Below are positions 18,783 to 27,793 of a DNA stretch of 64,000 nucleotides, in pieces; position 1 is the first letter of the stretch; each line of letters starts with the position of its first letter. Below the pieces are notes generated by a model. The model saw nothing but the letters and a program-made list of their open reading frames with translations, did not search any database and was not told the DNA's origin. Source of the stretch: a virus (taxonomy: Duplodnaviria > Caudoviricetes); IMG/VR virus record IMGVR_UViG_3300049009_000874, positions 32,001 through 96,000 of that record. The stretch is one strand, 5' to 3'. A program made the translations under genes and the position numbers.

Positions 18783-19781
18783 TTAGATTTCGTCAACAGG
18801 TCCGGGAACTGGTCCCATCTTTTTCAGCGCCTTGTGAGCGTGGTGGCGGTGGCGGTGTCCGCCGATCGATTTCGAAAGGGCTGAATCGCCTTCGCCATCT
18901 TCGCCGTCATGGTCCTCATCGCCTTCGCCGTCATGGTCCTCATCGCCTTCGCCGTCATGGTCCTCATCGCCTTCGCCATCTTCGTCGTTTTCCATGTCTT
19001 CATCGTCTTCATCTTCATGATCTTCATCGCCTTCGTCACCTTCCATGTCTTCATCGCCTTCATCTTCATGGTCTTCTTCACCTTCGCCTTCTTCGTCACC
19101 TTCCATGTCTTCATCCCCTTCACCTTCGCCGTCAATTTTGAACTCATCGTCTTCCTCTTCGCCATTGCTTGAGTCGCCATCCATATAGCCCATCTCGTTC
19201 ATCATTTTCTGGAATGTGTTGTTGACTTTTATCTCCTCGATGATGGCTTTGATGGTGTTCTCGTGCTTGCAGGCTTCCGACAAGAACGAATCTATGAGGT
19301 TGCTTCTTTTTAGTTCCATGACAAGCTGTGACATGTTCGCTTGCGACTTGGAGCATAGATGTACTGCTTCCTTGATCTGACCATAGGACATGTTGCTTGT
19401 TTCGTTTCGCATCCCGCTTATGAAGCTGGAATTGCTCATGTTCTTCGTGTTCCTCAGCCATTCGGACACGCTTGTGGTTTTCGGCCAAGTCGGAAGCTTC
19501 TCGTGTTCTGATGACTTAACGACGGTTTCTGGCTCGTAAACCAATTCCTTGTCTCCCATGTCCGCGAACCCATCAGATGACTTGTTTGGGTTTTTTGCCA
19601 TTTTGTTCGCCATATATGGCTTTGGAGCCATGTTCGATTTTGCCCCGCCAGCGTTCTTGTCCACTTCAGCCTTAGGTGGAGCGGACGAGCTTGGTCCCTT
19701 GTAATCCGGAACCATCTCGGTTGCTGGGGTTTTGATTTTTTTGTCGTGGGTCAAATATTCTTGAAAACTTCTGAATGCCAT
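18783..19781 (-). CDS. protein with capsid-targeting-like N-terminus, long acidic repeat tract and His-rich tail
   Basis: MAFRSFQEYL; (GDEDHDGE)n; GGHRHRHHAH. Confidence 0.8.
   Translation of the reverse strand: MAFRSFQEYLTHDKKIKTPATEMVPDYKGPSSSAPPKAEVDKNAGGAKSNMAPKPYMANKMAKNPNKSSDGFADMGDKELVYEPETVVKSSEHEKLPTWPKTTSVSEWLRNTKNMSNSSFISGMRNETSNMSYGQIKEAVHLCSKSQANMSQLVMELKRSNLIDSFLSEACKHENTIKAIIEEIKVNNTFQKMMNEMGYMDGDSSNGEEEDDEFKIDGEGEGDEDMEGDEEGEGEEDHEDEGDEDMEGDEGDEDHEDEDDEDMENDEDGEGDEDHDGEGDEDHDGEGDEDHDGEDGEGDSALSKSIGGHRHRHHAHKALKKMGPVPGPVDEI
18899..18977. repeat. 24-bp tandem repeat x3 within a larger degenerate acidic tract
   Basis: cttcgccgtcatggtcctcatcgc, three exact copies. Confidence 0.92.
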
Positions 19782-19935
19782 GATTGCTCCATAATAATTC
19801 TTGTTAGGATGACTAATCCTATATAGAAGGATTTCTTTTGAAAATAATTCCGTTTGGGTGTTGATTTTTTAAATTGTATCTGTTAAATTTCTCGATCTGT
19901 GCTTAAAGGATTTTTCACCCATGAAGGAGTTTGGC

Positions 19936-20445
19936 ATGAATCAGTATGTCGTATATGGATTTTTGGCTGTTTCCGTAGCAATCAACGGATATCAGGTCTA
20001 CAGAATGGATAACATGAGGGAAGTGGTTAATCTGGTGACCCAGAAAGACCAGTTGACCCAGTCGGGATACAGCGAATTGCTTTACAACCACATAAACAGC
20101 TTGAGAAACGACCAGATTGAGGCTTCGAGGAACCAGGGGAAGATCGAGGGAATCATCTCCGTCGTCAACAACGCGAAACCGGAAGCCAACGAGATAAGTT
20201 CGATCTGGCATAGCGGCTACTATAGAGGCATGGACCAGGTTGAGTTTGTCAGGGTTATGGCTTATGAGGATGGATACCACAGAGCTACCGAGGACATAAG
20301 CTGCCCAGCAGGGAATTCGACCAACAATAAAACCAAAATTGGAACCAAGCCCGAGACCAAGCCCGAGACCAAGCCCGAGACCAAGCCAGAGACCAAGCCA
20401 GAGACCAAGCCAGAGACCAAGCCAGAGACCAAGCCGATCAAGTAA
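19936..20445 (+). CDS. membrane-anchored protein with (TKPE)7 tail
   Basis: AAGGAG RBS before ATG 19936 (alternative start 19921); N-terminal hydrophobic helix. Confidence 0.8.
   Translation: MNQYVVYGFLAVSVAINGYQVYRMDNMREVVNLVTQKDQLTQSGYSELLYNHINSLRNDQIEASRNQGKIEGIISVVNNAKPEANEISSIWHSGYYRGMDQVEFVRVMAYEDGYHRATEDISCPAGNSTNNKTKIGTKPETKPETKPETKPETKPETKPETKPETKPIK
20344..20436 (+). repeat. 12-bp tandem repeat x7.75
   Basis: accaagcccgag x3, then accaagccagag x4, then a partial copy. Confidence 0.95.
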
Positions 20446-20545
20446 TTCGTCGATCAGGCTGTCACTTTGCGCTTCTCAAAAAAACTAAAGTGCATTGGAA
20501 TTCGTTCTGCGGTGGCGCGCAGGGCTCTCTCACACGGAGACATAC

Positions 20546-20620
20546 ATGAGAAAACAAGTCGTGATGTCTTTTAACGAGGTTTTTAGTTTACCTTATCCTG
20601 TAGATATTCGCCAAAATTGA
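20546..20620 (+). CDS. possible 24-aa sORF
   Basis: GGAGA 5 nt before ATG; MRKQVVMSFNEVFSLPYPVDIRQN*. Confidence 0.3.
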   Translation: MRKQVVMSFNEVFSLPYPVDIRQN

Positions 20621-20664
20621 TCGAGGTTGGGATCGAACCTTGAGCGACTTGTAGGCAAAGTGCG

Positions 20665-20692
20665 ACAAAAAGGGCTTAAACGCCCTTTTTGT
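20665..20692. terminator. bidirectional intrinsic terminator
   Basis: ACAAAAAGGGC-ttaaac-GCCCTTTTTGT between convergent units. Confidence 0.85.
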
Positions 20693-21093
20693 TATTTGTG
20701 CTCTCTGTTTCTTATGAGCAGTTCGCCGACGACTTCTATCTTGCCGACCAGTTTCTGGAACTTGCTCTGGTTTACTTTTTCTATTTTTTCCATGTAAGAG
20801 TGGAGTTCCGAGCACAACCTCTTGTATTCCTCTTGCATTTTTTCTTTGTCGAACTTGCCTTGCGCTACCTTCTTGTAATATGGTAGTTTCACCGAGAAGT
20901 GGTCATACGTGAGCATCGCTATGCCTCCCTTGGATTTGGCGCTACTTGCTATCTTTTCAGCCCCATCGTGTCTCTTTTTGGCGAACTCATCAATGGTAAG
21001 CTCTGATTTCTGCTCATTGAGAACACCAGAAAGTAAAAGCATTTGCGCGCGTGTCTCTTCGTTCATTTCGACCTCTGTTTGTATGGAATGCAT
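20692..21093 (-). CDS. hypothetical protein
   Basis: 133-aa ORF; TAGATA lies immediately upstream of the ATG; a second ATG with GAGG RBS lies 9 codons in. Confidence 0.75.
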   Translation of the reverse strand: MHSIQTEVEMNEETRAQMLLLSGVLNEQKSELTIDEFAKKRHDGAEKIASSAKSKGGIAMLTYDHFSVKLPYYKKVAQGKFDKEKMQEEYKRLCSELHSYMEKIEKVNQSKFQKLVGKIEVVGELLIRNREHK

Positions 21094-21144
21094 TATCTAT
21101 AGTAGCTTGATGGAATATTTCTCTTATTGGAAAAGGCAAAAGCC

Positions 21145-23883
21145 ATGCTTAATTCTTACGAAAAGATAGAGAAACTTCTCTGGCACATATTCGACCGCAA
21201 GAGCCTTTCCGACAAGCACAGGAAGAGGCTGGAGTGGGAACTCCGCGAGATAGATGTCCAAGGGAAGTCCGACCACCTCATAAAGATGTTCAAGGACAAG
21301 GTTCGGTGTGACGGAAACGAGAACAACCTGATTTCATTCTGGCTCCTTGGCTTGTGCCAAGAATTCGACGTGGACCGCGACCCGAAATTCACTCAGGGCG
21401 ACATGCCGGACATAGACGTCGACTATCTCAGCGAGGTCAGGGACTACCTGAAGAACAAGTGGGCTTGCGAGACGTTTGGCGTGGACTACGTCTGCAACAT
21501 CGGCAACTACACGACCTTCGGAATCAAGAGCGCGTTGATCGACATGGCTAGGGTTCACGGTCTTCCAAGGGGTGATATGCTCGAGCTAACCAAGAACCTC
21601 GACGCCAAGGACGACGAGGGGAAGACGATGACCTGGGAGTCGGCGATGAACCTCTACCCGAAACTCAAGGAGTACTGCGACGCCAACCCGGACGTTGCCG
21701 AGTCGGCGCGCAAGCTCATAAACAGGAACAGGGGCATGGGTCAGCACGCCGGGGGTCTGATCATATCGTCGATGCCACTCCACGATCTGGTGCCGCTCGT
21801 GAAGAGGAAGGACAATCCGCAGGCGTCAGCCTGGGTCGAGGGTCTGAACGGACAGGACCTCCAGCCAGTCGGTCTGGTGAAGTTCGACCTCCTCGTGATC
21901 TCGAACCTGCAGCAGATATCGAGTTGCTGCGAGCTCGTGAAGAAAAACCACAACATGGACAGCATATGCGCCCTCCCCGGGCAGTCAGACTGGAGCGACG
22001 TCCAGAGGTGGAGGAACGACCCGAAGTCTTTGGCTATGGCTGACGTCGGGGACCTGAAGTGCATATTCCAGTTCGACAGCGAGGGCATCAGGAGGCTGGT
22101 CAAGTCCGGGGGCGTGGACCGTTTCGAGGATCTCGTGGCGTATACAGCCCTCTACAGACCCGGTCCGCTCGGAATGCTCATGCATGAAAGGTACACCAAG
22201 AGGAAGAGGGGCGAGGAGTCCTACGAGTTGCACCCGCTGGTCCAGCCAATACTCGGCGACACGTACGGGGTGATGGTGTACCAGGAGCAGATCATGCGCA
22301 TACTGAACAAGGTGGGCGAGATCCCGCTGCGGGACTGCGAGATCGTGCGGAAGGCTATATCCAAGAAAAAGGTCGAGGCATTCCAGAAGTACAAGAACAT
22401 GTTTGTCTCAAACGGACAGAGGAACCTCCAGACGACGGAGGAGGACATCATCAGCCTTTGGAATCAGGTCCAGGCTTTTTCTGAGTACGGATTCAATAAA
22501 AGCCATGCCGTCGCGTACACCTACGTCTCGGCGAGGCTGCTTTACTTCAAAGCCCATTACCCGCATGAGTTCTACACCTCGGTTCTGGGCTGCGAGACCT
22601 TGTCGGAGAAGATCAAGGAGTACAAGATAGAAGCCAAGAACCACGGCGTCGACATGCACGGCGTCGACATCAACAAGTCGAAGTCCACCTTCGAGCTGGT
22701 TGGGGATTCCATCTATTACGGTCTATCGAACGTCAAGGGCGTAGGTCAGGTTCCGGCGAAGAAGATCGTCGACAACCAGCCCTACGCCGGGTTCGAGGAT
22801 TTCCTCACGAGGTTCGGCACGGACGCCAACATAGTGAAGTGCGTCGTTGGTCTAAGGTGCTTCAGTGACTCGAACCCGATAACCTTGTGGAAGTTCTACG
22901 AGCACTTCAAGGAATGCCAGAAAAAGCTCGACGACAAGAAGAAAAGGTTCCTGGCGAGCATGGAGCAGTACGACGTCGAATTCCTCGAGCTTTTCCCCGG
23001 AGAGACCAGAAGCCTTTCCGAATTCCACGGCGACAGCCCATTCGACGGACCGGAATGGGCTGGCTTCGACATCGACGAGGTCATAGAGACCGAGAAGACC
23101 GTCGAGTGCGACCAGAGCCAGGGCAAGCCGAAGCTCGAGATGGAGTATGTCCCGATCCAGGGCACCGACGACTTCGTCGAGGTCCAGACGATCAGGAACT
23201 ACAAGTCGATCAAGGTGAAAAAGAACTGGAACAGGCTGAAGGAGCTGAAGAGGCTGTGGTCGAGAAGGGAAAAAGCCATGGCTAGGCTCGAGGACTCCAA
23301 GTCGTTGTCGCTGCCGACGCTCGCCTCGTTCAAGCCAAACGATTTCGAGATAGACAAGGATTTCGCCAAGGAACTGCGGAACAAGGTAGCCTGCGAGATG
23401 AAGTATTACGGTTTCGCCTGGATACACAACGTGGAGAACAGCCCGGACTTCAAGGGCAACACGTTCCAGACGCTGAGGGAGAACGACGGCTGCGTCTGCC
23501 CCGTCGAGGTCGAGGTCGTCTCGAGGAAGGTTTGCAAGAGCAAGAAGGGCAATTCCTACCTGCAGCTCGAGGTCGAGGACGCCATGGGCGAGAAAAACCG
23601 CCTGAACGTCTGGGAGGACGATGTTGCCCGCTGGGACAGAGAAATGAAGAAGGGTAACTTACTTAGGTTGAGGCTGATGCCGCCGGACAAGGGCTTCTCA
23701 ACGTATACCCTGGAACAGAACAAGAAGATGCCGAACAAGGGCTGGGCTTACAGGTTTCCGACCAAGGACAGCGACTACAGGGTTTTCGTGATGAAGCCGC
23801 CGGTGTCGGCGGAGGACAAGTACCAGACCGAGGACGAGGTTCTGGAACAGTTTGGAAATTGCATAATGGAGGACAAGAAATGA
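21145..23883 (+). CDS. dnaE: DNA polymerase III alpha, C-terminal polypeptide (catalytic palm, fingers, HhH, OB)
   Basis: MPDIDVDY, GQHAGGLII, GLVKFDLL, IFQFDS, LYRPGP, TYGVMVYQEQIM, YGFNKSHAVAY, GLSNVKGVG. Confidence 0.95.
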   Translation: MLNSYEKIEKLLWHIFDRKSLSDKHRKRLEWELREIDVQGKSDHLIKMFKDKVRCDGNENNLISFWLLGLCQEFDVDRDPKFTQGDMPDIDVDYLSEVRDYLKNKWACETFGVDYVCNIGNYTTFGIKSALIDMARVHGLPRGDMLELTKNLDAKDDEGKTMTWESAMNLYPKLKEYCDANPDVAESARKLINRNRGMGQHAGGLIISSMPLHDLVPLVKRKDNPQASAWVEGLNGQDLQPVGLVKFDLLVISNLQQISSCCELVKKNHNMDSICALPGQSDWSDVQRWRNDPKSLAMADVGDLKCIFQFDSEGIRRLVKSGGVDRFEDLVAYTALYRPGPLGMLMHERYTKRKRGEESYELHPLVQPILGDTYGVMVYQEQIMRILNKVGEIPLRDCEIVRKAISKKKVEAFQKYKNMFVSNGQRNLQTTEEDIISLWNQVQAFSEYGFNKSHAVAYTYVSARLLYFKAHYPHEFYTSVLGCETLSEKIKEYKIEAKNHGVDMHGVDINKSKSTFELVGDSIYYGLSNVKGVGQVPAKKIVDNQPYAGFEDFLTRFGTDANIVKCVVGLRCFSDSNPITLWKFYEHFKECQKKLDDKKKRFLASMEQYDVEFLELFPGETRSLSEFHGDSPFDGPEWAGFDIDEVIETEKTVECDQSQGKPKLEMEYVPIQGTDDFVEVQTIRNYKSIKVKKNWNRLKELKRLWSRREKAMARLEDSKSLSLPTLASFKPNDFEIDKDFAKELRNKVACEMKYYGFAWIHNVENSPDFKGNTFQTLRENDGCVCPVEVEVVSRKVCKSKKGNSYLQLEVEDAMGEKNRLNVWEDDVARWDREMKKGNLLRLRLMPPDKGFSTYTLEQNKKMPNKGWAYRFPTKDSDYRVFVMKPPVSAEDKYQTEDEVLEQFGNCIMEDKK

Positions 23884-24353
23884 GCGAATTGATAATAGAC
23901 CAGGATAATTTCGGGCAACACTTCTTCGACACCCGCAGGCACAAGCCGGAGAAAGGGCAGGTCATGGCGAAATACACGGCGATAGCCGAGTTCGTCGACG
24001 GCATGATGAAGAAGAACATAATAGACCTCCTGCACAAGGACAAGGCTGAGGCAGCCGTGCAGGTGCTGCACCGTCTCGGGTGCGCGGCTGAAGAGGACGC
24101 GGTCAGGGTTTGCAAGGAGATCTGTCAGGACCTGATAGAAGGCATGACGGACGAGCAGGTCGAGCACAAGGTTTACAGATACAGGCTCGAGTCCTTTTAC
24201 TATACGGACAGGGGCAATGTCCCGATCGGCGATCCGCACTGGACCCTAATAGGCATAACCAACCTGGACGAATTCGTGGACTCGAACAATAACAGGTGCA
24301 AAATAAAAACAAGGATAGTAGATAATATCGATGAAACGGAAAAAATCGAGTAA
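23880..24353 (+). CDS. hypothetical protein
   Basis: ATGA overlap with the dnaE-C stop; GGAGG RBS. Confidence 0.8.
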   Translation: MSELIIDQDNFGQHFFDTRRHKPEKGQVMAKYTAIAEFVDGMMKKNIIDLLHKDKAEAAVQVLHRLGCAAEEDAVRVCKEICQDLIEGMTDEQVEHKVYRYRLESFYYTDRGNVPIGDPHWTLIGITNLDEFVDSNNNRCKIKTRIVDNIDETEKIE

Positions 24354-24900
24354 TTTTGGCGATGTCCTGTTCATGGACACGGTCTACAGACCGGCGGTCG
24401 GCTCCTTTGGAAAACCAAGGTCCGACAAGGGTGAGAGGTATGTGGTCTGCACATGGCACTCATGCAGGGACATATGGCACAACCAGATGTATAACGCCAA
24501 GATATTCTTCTATGCCCACGAGGCTTGCAAGAACAAGTCAATAGCCGCCTTCTTCGAGAGGGTGGAGGACATGCTCAAGCTCGAGTCGCCGAGCCAGTTC
24601 GGACCAACGCAGAAAAAGTCGATCATGTACATAAAGCCCTCAAGATGGTGGCTCAAATACGCCATGAGGAGGTCGCTTTTCACCATATTGCTTCGTTCGT
24701 CGACTGGGTACGACATCTCCTCCGAAAATTTCGAGGAAGCCCTGAGAAGCGACGTTTACGCCTTGCGAACAAGCATTGCCATAAACCATTTCCTTTCGGG
24801 GAACACCGTGTACAAGGGTCGAAAGAGGGGATGGTACAAGCAGTTCTGCGAACCGTTCGCCGATGACGGGTTTCTCGGGCGAACGCTCATGCCAGAGTGA
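24331..24900 (+). CDS. hypothetical protein, paralog of 49738..50358
   Basis: Shared W..CR, IA.F...E, SL.T..LRSS..YD, GW...F blocks. Confidence 0.8.
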   Translation: MKRKKSSNFGDVLFMDTVYRPAVGSFGKPRSDKGERYVVCTWHSCRDIWHNQMYNAKIFFYAHEACKNKSIAAFFERVEDMLKLESPSQFGPTQKKSIMYIKPSRWWLKYAMRRSLFTILLRSSTGYDISSENFEEALRSDVYALRTSIAINHFLSGNTVYKGRKRGWYKQFCEPFADDGFLGRTLMPE

Positions 24901-26596
24901 CTTTTTTCCTCGGATGAAGTTCCGGCTTGTAGAATGACTTCTCCATATCGCGGTATTTGACGTATATCTTTTCCATCTCTGGGAACTTCTTTATCTCCGA
25001 CTCCAGTTTCTCGATGTTTTTCCCTGAGTCGATCAGGGATATCTTGCACGCGGTGTCGCCATCGAACCTTTCAATCTCCAGGCGGTTGTTCGCTATCTTG
25101 TCGAAAACGAAAGATCCCATGCAGAGATTGATCGACTGGTATTTTTTCGACTCGCCTTCCTTGAACGACCCTATCGTGTTGTGTTTTCTGTGCCAATTGG
25201 TGAACAGGTTGAAGCTTGTCAGGTTTCCGATCGAGTGTTCCATGTTGACGGTGTACCCGGACCATTTCGCCCCTATTTCCTGCATCGTAGGTTTCTTGCA
25301 CAGGACAAATGACGTGTCTATGCACGGGACAGATATGGACTTATCGTCATTCTCCAGCACGTGAATTCCGGGATTCCCCCATATCTTTATGATCGAGCTT
25401 TCGTTCGACATGAAGCCGTCGATCTGGTCGCACCAGAGATTGTCGAGAACCATAGTGTCGTCGCGCATCAGCACATACGTTTCGGTGTCGGCTAGGTTGC
25501 TGATCTGTTCGGCGCAAGTGGAATGTTCGATCTCGCCCCACACGCGCGATATCGTTATCGACACGTCCATGCGGTCTTTCGAAGCAACGCAGAGCTCCTC
25601 TAGGAATGATTGTTTCGCGTCCTGTGTCTTCTTGTCCGATTCCGGTCCGTGTATTCCCACGATTATCTTGTTCAGAACCCTCGGGGAAGATCTCAGCAGT
25701 ACCGACATCACGGAAAGCATCATTTGGCGAACCGAGCTTCCCGATGTCGGAATGACGGCGCACGTGCCCTTGTTCGACGTCCTTTTCTCGCATTCCTTTA
25801 TCGACAGCAAGGTTTCGACCTTGCCGTCGACGTCCTCGATGAGCTGTATGGGATTGAACTGTTCCTCGTAGACTCCCCAATACTCTTCCCACCTGCCGAG
25901 AAGGGAACAGTCCCACATCCAGTCCAGGAACGATGTCCAGTGCATGTAGTTCTCGGATTCCGCCTTGGAATGGCATAGCTCTAGGTCGAATCCCATGTCG
26001 CGAATTTGTTTTAGGATATGGTTCGGTCCATATTCGAAATCATGACCGCACCCGTGATTGAGGTCTCTGTACCACGGCAGCTCGAACAGTTCGGAGACGG
26101 ATCTCTTGGTTGCGTAAGCGACGGTTCTGATGTGTCCGCCGACTTCGCCTCCCATTTCGGCGGACCCTCTTCTCGGCTCATAGCACTGAGCGACGAGTCC
26201 GACATTCGGCTTCGAGATCTTCTCGACGAAAGGACGGAGGAACGTCCTCCTCATCGGCAGCATGTCGTCTGTGAACCAGAACAGGTAGTCCCATTCCGGC
26301 AACGGTATGATTTTCTTCAGCACCATGACGAGCGCTCCGAAGTCCTTCAGCGGAGTGTTGTGTATCGGCACGTAGAAATCAGGTTTGTGTTGCAGTATGT
26401 TGTCAACCTCTTCCTGTTTTGGTCTCTTCCCGTCGAAAGCGTGTATGACGGCTATTTTCGTCCCGTAATGCTCCGCGTTGTTCCACGCCCGAAGCCACTT
26501 GGACACGAACTCCTTTCGGTCGTGGGTGACTACTACCGCGAGCTTTTCGCACGGTATATTGGGTATTACCGCAAGTTCCTTAAAGTAATGTAGCAT
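24887..26596 (-). CDS. two-domain GT-A/GT2-like glycosyltransferase
   Basis: YLFWFTDDML in the N-domain, YVLMRDDT in the C-domain; the C-domain resembles the upstream gene. Confidence 0.65.
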   Translation of the reverse strand: MLHYFKELAVIPNIPCEKLAVVVTHDRKEFVSKWLRAWNNAEHYGTKIAVIHAFDGKRPKQEEVDNILQHKPDFYVPIHNTPLKDFGALVMVLKKIIPLPEWDYLFWFTDDMLPMRRTFLRPFVEKISKPNVGLVAQCYEPRRGSAEMGGEVGGHIRTVAYATKRSVSELFELPWYRDLNHGCGHDFEYGPNHILKQIRDMGFDLELCHSKAESENYMHWTSFLDWMWDCSLLGRWEEYWGVYEEQFNPIQLIEDVDGKVETLLSIKECEKRTSNKGTCAVIPTSGSSVRQMMLSVMSVLLRSSPRVLNKIIVGIHGPESDKKTQDAKQSFLEELCVASKDRMDVSITISRVWGEIEHSTCAEQISNLADTETYVLMRDDTMVLDNLWCDQIDGFMSNESSIIKIWGNPGIHVLENDDKSISVPCIDTSFVLCKKPTMQEIGAKWSGYTVNMEHSIGNLTSFNLFTNWHRKHNTIGSFKEGESKKYQSINLCMGSFVFDKIANNRLEIERFDGDTACKISLIDSGKNIEKLESEIKKFPEMEKIYVKYRDMEKSFYKPELHPRKKVTLA

Positions 26597-27575
26597 GGGT
26601 TTCCTTTGCCTCCTTTGTTGGATTGTATTTCCTGTAGAGTTTCGCGAACTCTGGATGCCCGTCTATTTCCTTCTCGATGCTTTCGAACACGCTTTTGTAT
26701 TGCTTTTCTCTGTTCTCGACATAATTTACATCATCAGTCCAGCTTGATTTTACGAAGTGAATTATTTTTTCGTTAAAGAAAGTTTTGATGTCATATCCGT
26801 TTTCCTTGATCTCGTGAATCATCCATGATCCTATGTCCAAACTCAAACCGTTGTAGTCGCCATTTTCTCTTGGGAATACCACCATGCTAATGTCTTTGTT
26901 TCTGTATTGATCATTATATTTAAGGTATTCATCGTAATTGATGCTTTTCATGCTGTAATCCTTGACGATATGGTATCCATACCATCTGGCTCCAACTTTT
27001 GTCATAATTGATTTTTTGCAAACAGCGAATGTTGAATTGATATGTCCATTTTCTATGAATTTTTTATCACCTTCGAATGTGAATTCTCCACAATGTCCAT
27101 ATTGACTTGGGTGAGAATGAACGATAGCCACCTTTGGGTCTTTGAATATTTCATTTGCCTCTTCGCACCAATCGTTCTCTAGGACGATCACGTCATCGTG
27201 CATGATCGTGTAGTATTCGGTGTGAACCCAAGGGATCGCCATCTCCAGCGATTGGGCGTGCCCAACCCTGCTCCATGCCCTTATCACTGTCAAGGGCATA
27301 TCTCTCCCGAACCATTTCAGTTCGCGCAGGTCTTCCAGAAAGCGCTGTTTCTCGTCCTGGACAGATGGATCTCCGCACCTTGTGTCCGCGCCATTTATGC
27401 AAACCATGACATGTTCGAGGTGTTTTCGGCTGCTTCTGAGAAGAAGGCTGAACAGCGTCAGCATGAGAATCCTTATCGGACCCTGGGACGTGGCCATTAT
27501 TGCCGTGTTTTTCCCCGGAATCAGCGTTGCGTTCTCGCACTCTTCTACAGAAAAAATCATGTGGTCGTGAGGCAT
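26580..27575 (-). CDS. GT-A/GT2-like glycosyltransferase
   Basis: GHAQSLEMAIPWVHTEYYTIMHDDVIVL; GGAG RBS before ATG 27575. Confidence 0.7.
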   Translation of the reverse strand: MPHDHMIFSVEECENATLIPGKNTAIMATSQGPIRILMLTLFSLLLRSSRKHLEHVMVCINGADTRCGDPSVQDEKQRFLEDLRELKWFGRDMPLTVIRAWSRVGHAQSLEMAIPWVHTEYYTIMHDDVIVLENDWCEEANEIFKDPKVAIVHSHPSQYGHCGEFTFEGDKKFIENGHINSTFAVCKKSIMTKVGARWYGYHIVKDYSMKSINYDEYLKYNDQYRNKDISMVVFPRENGDYNGLSLDIGSWMIHEIKENGYDIKTFFNEKIIHFVKSSWTDDVNYVENREKQYKSVFESIEKEIDGHPEFAKLYRKYNPTKEAKETHATLL

Positions 27576-27664
27576 CAAGATACTCCGTTTGCATTTATTA
27601 TAACAAAATCGGAGTTGGAAAACTAGATATATGTGAACCAAGGTTACCAAAAGAAAGGACTCCA

Positions 27665-27793
27665 ATGCTTACTTGCATTTTTTGTTTCTTGGCTGGACTC
27701 GTAATCGGCTGGAATTTCCTGCCCCAACCAGCTTGGGTCAAAGATATAGTGGGAAAAATGTTCGGAAAAAACAACGGAGATACAAATGTCTAA
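27665..27793 (+). CDS. 42-aa membrane protein
   Basis: AAGGA RBS; MLTCIFCFLAGLVIGWNFLPQPAWVK. Confidence 0.7.
   Translation: MLTCIFCFLAGLVIGWNFLPQPAWVKDIVGKMFGKNNGDTNV

Noticed and set aside
20620-20690. tRNA-like T-arm GGTTCGATCCC on the minus strand
   Set aside because: No acceptor, D or anticodon stems could be built around it
8285-21144. Region between the dnaE halves as a mobile element or giant intron
   Set aside because: No integrase, transposase, terminal repeats or intron core is evident; the genes carry the same promoter and tag motifs as the rest of the window, and each half has its own start and stop
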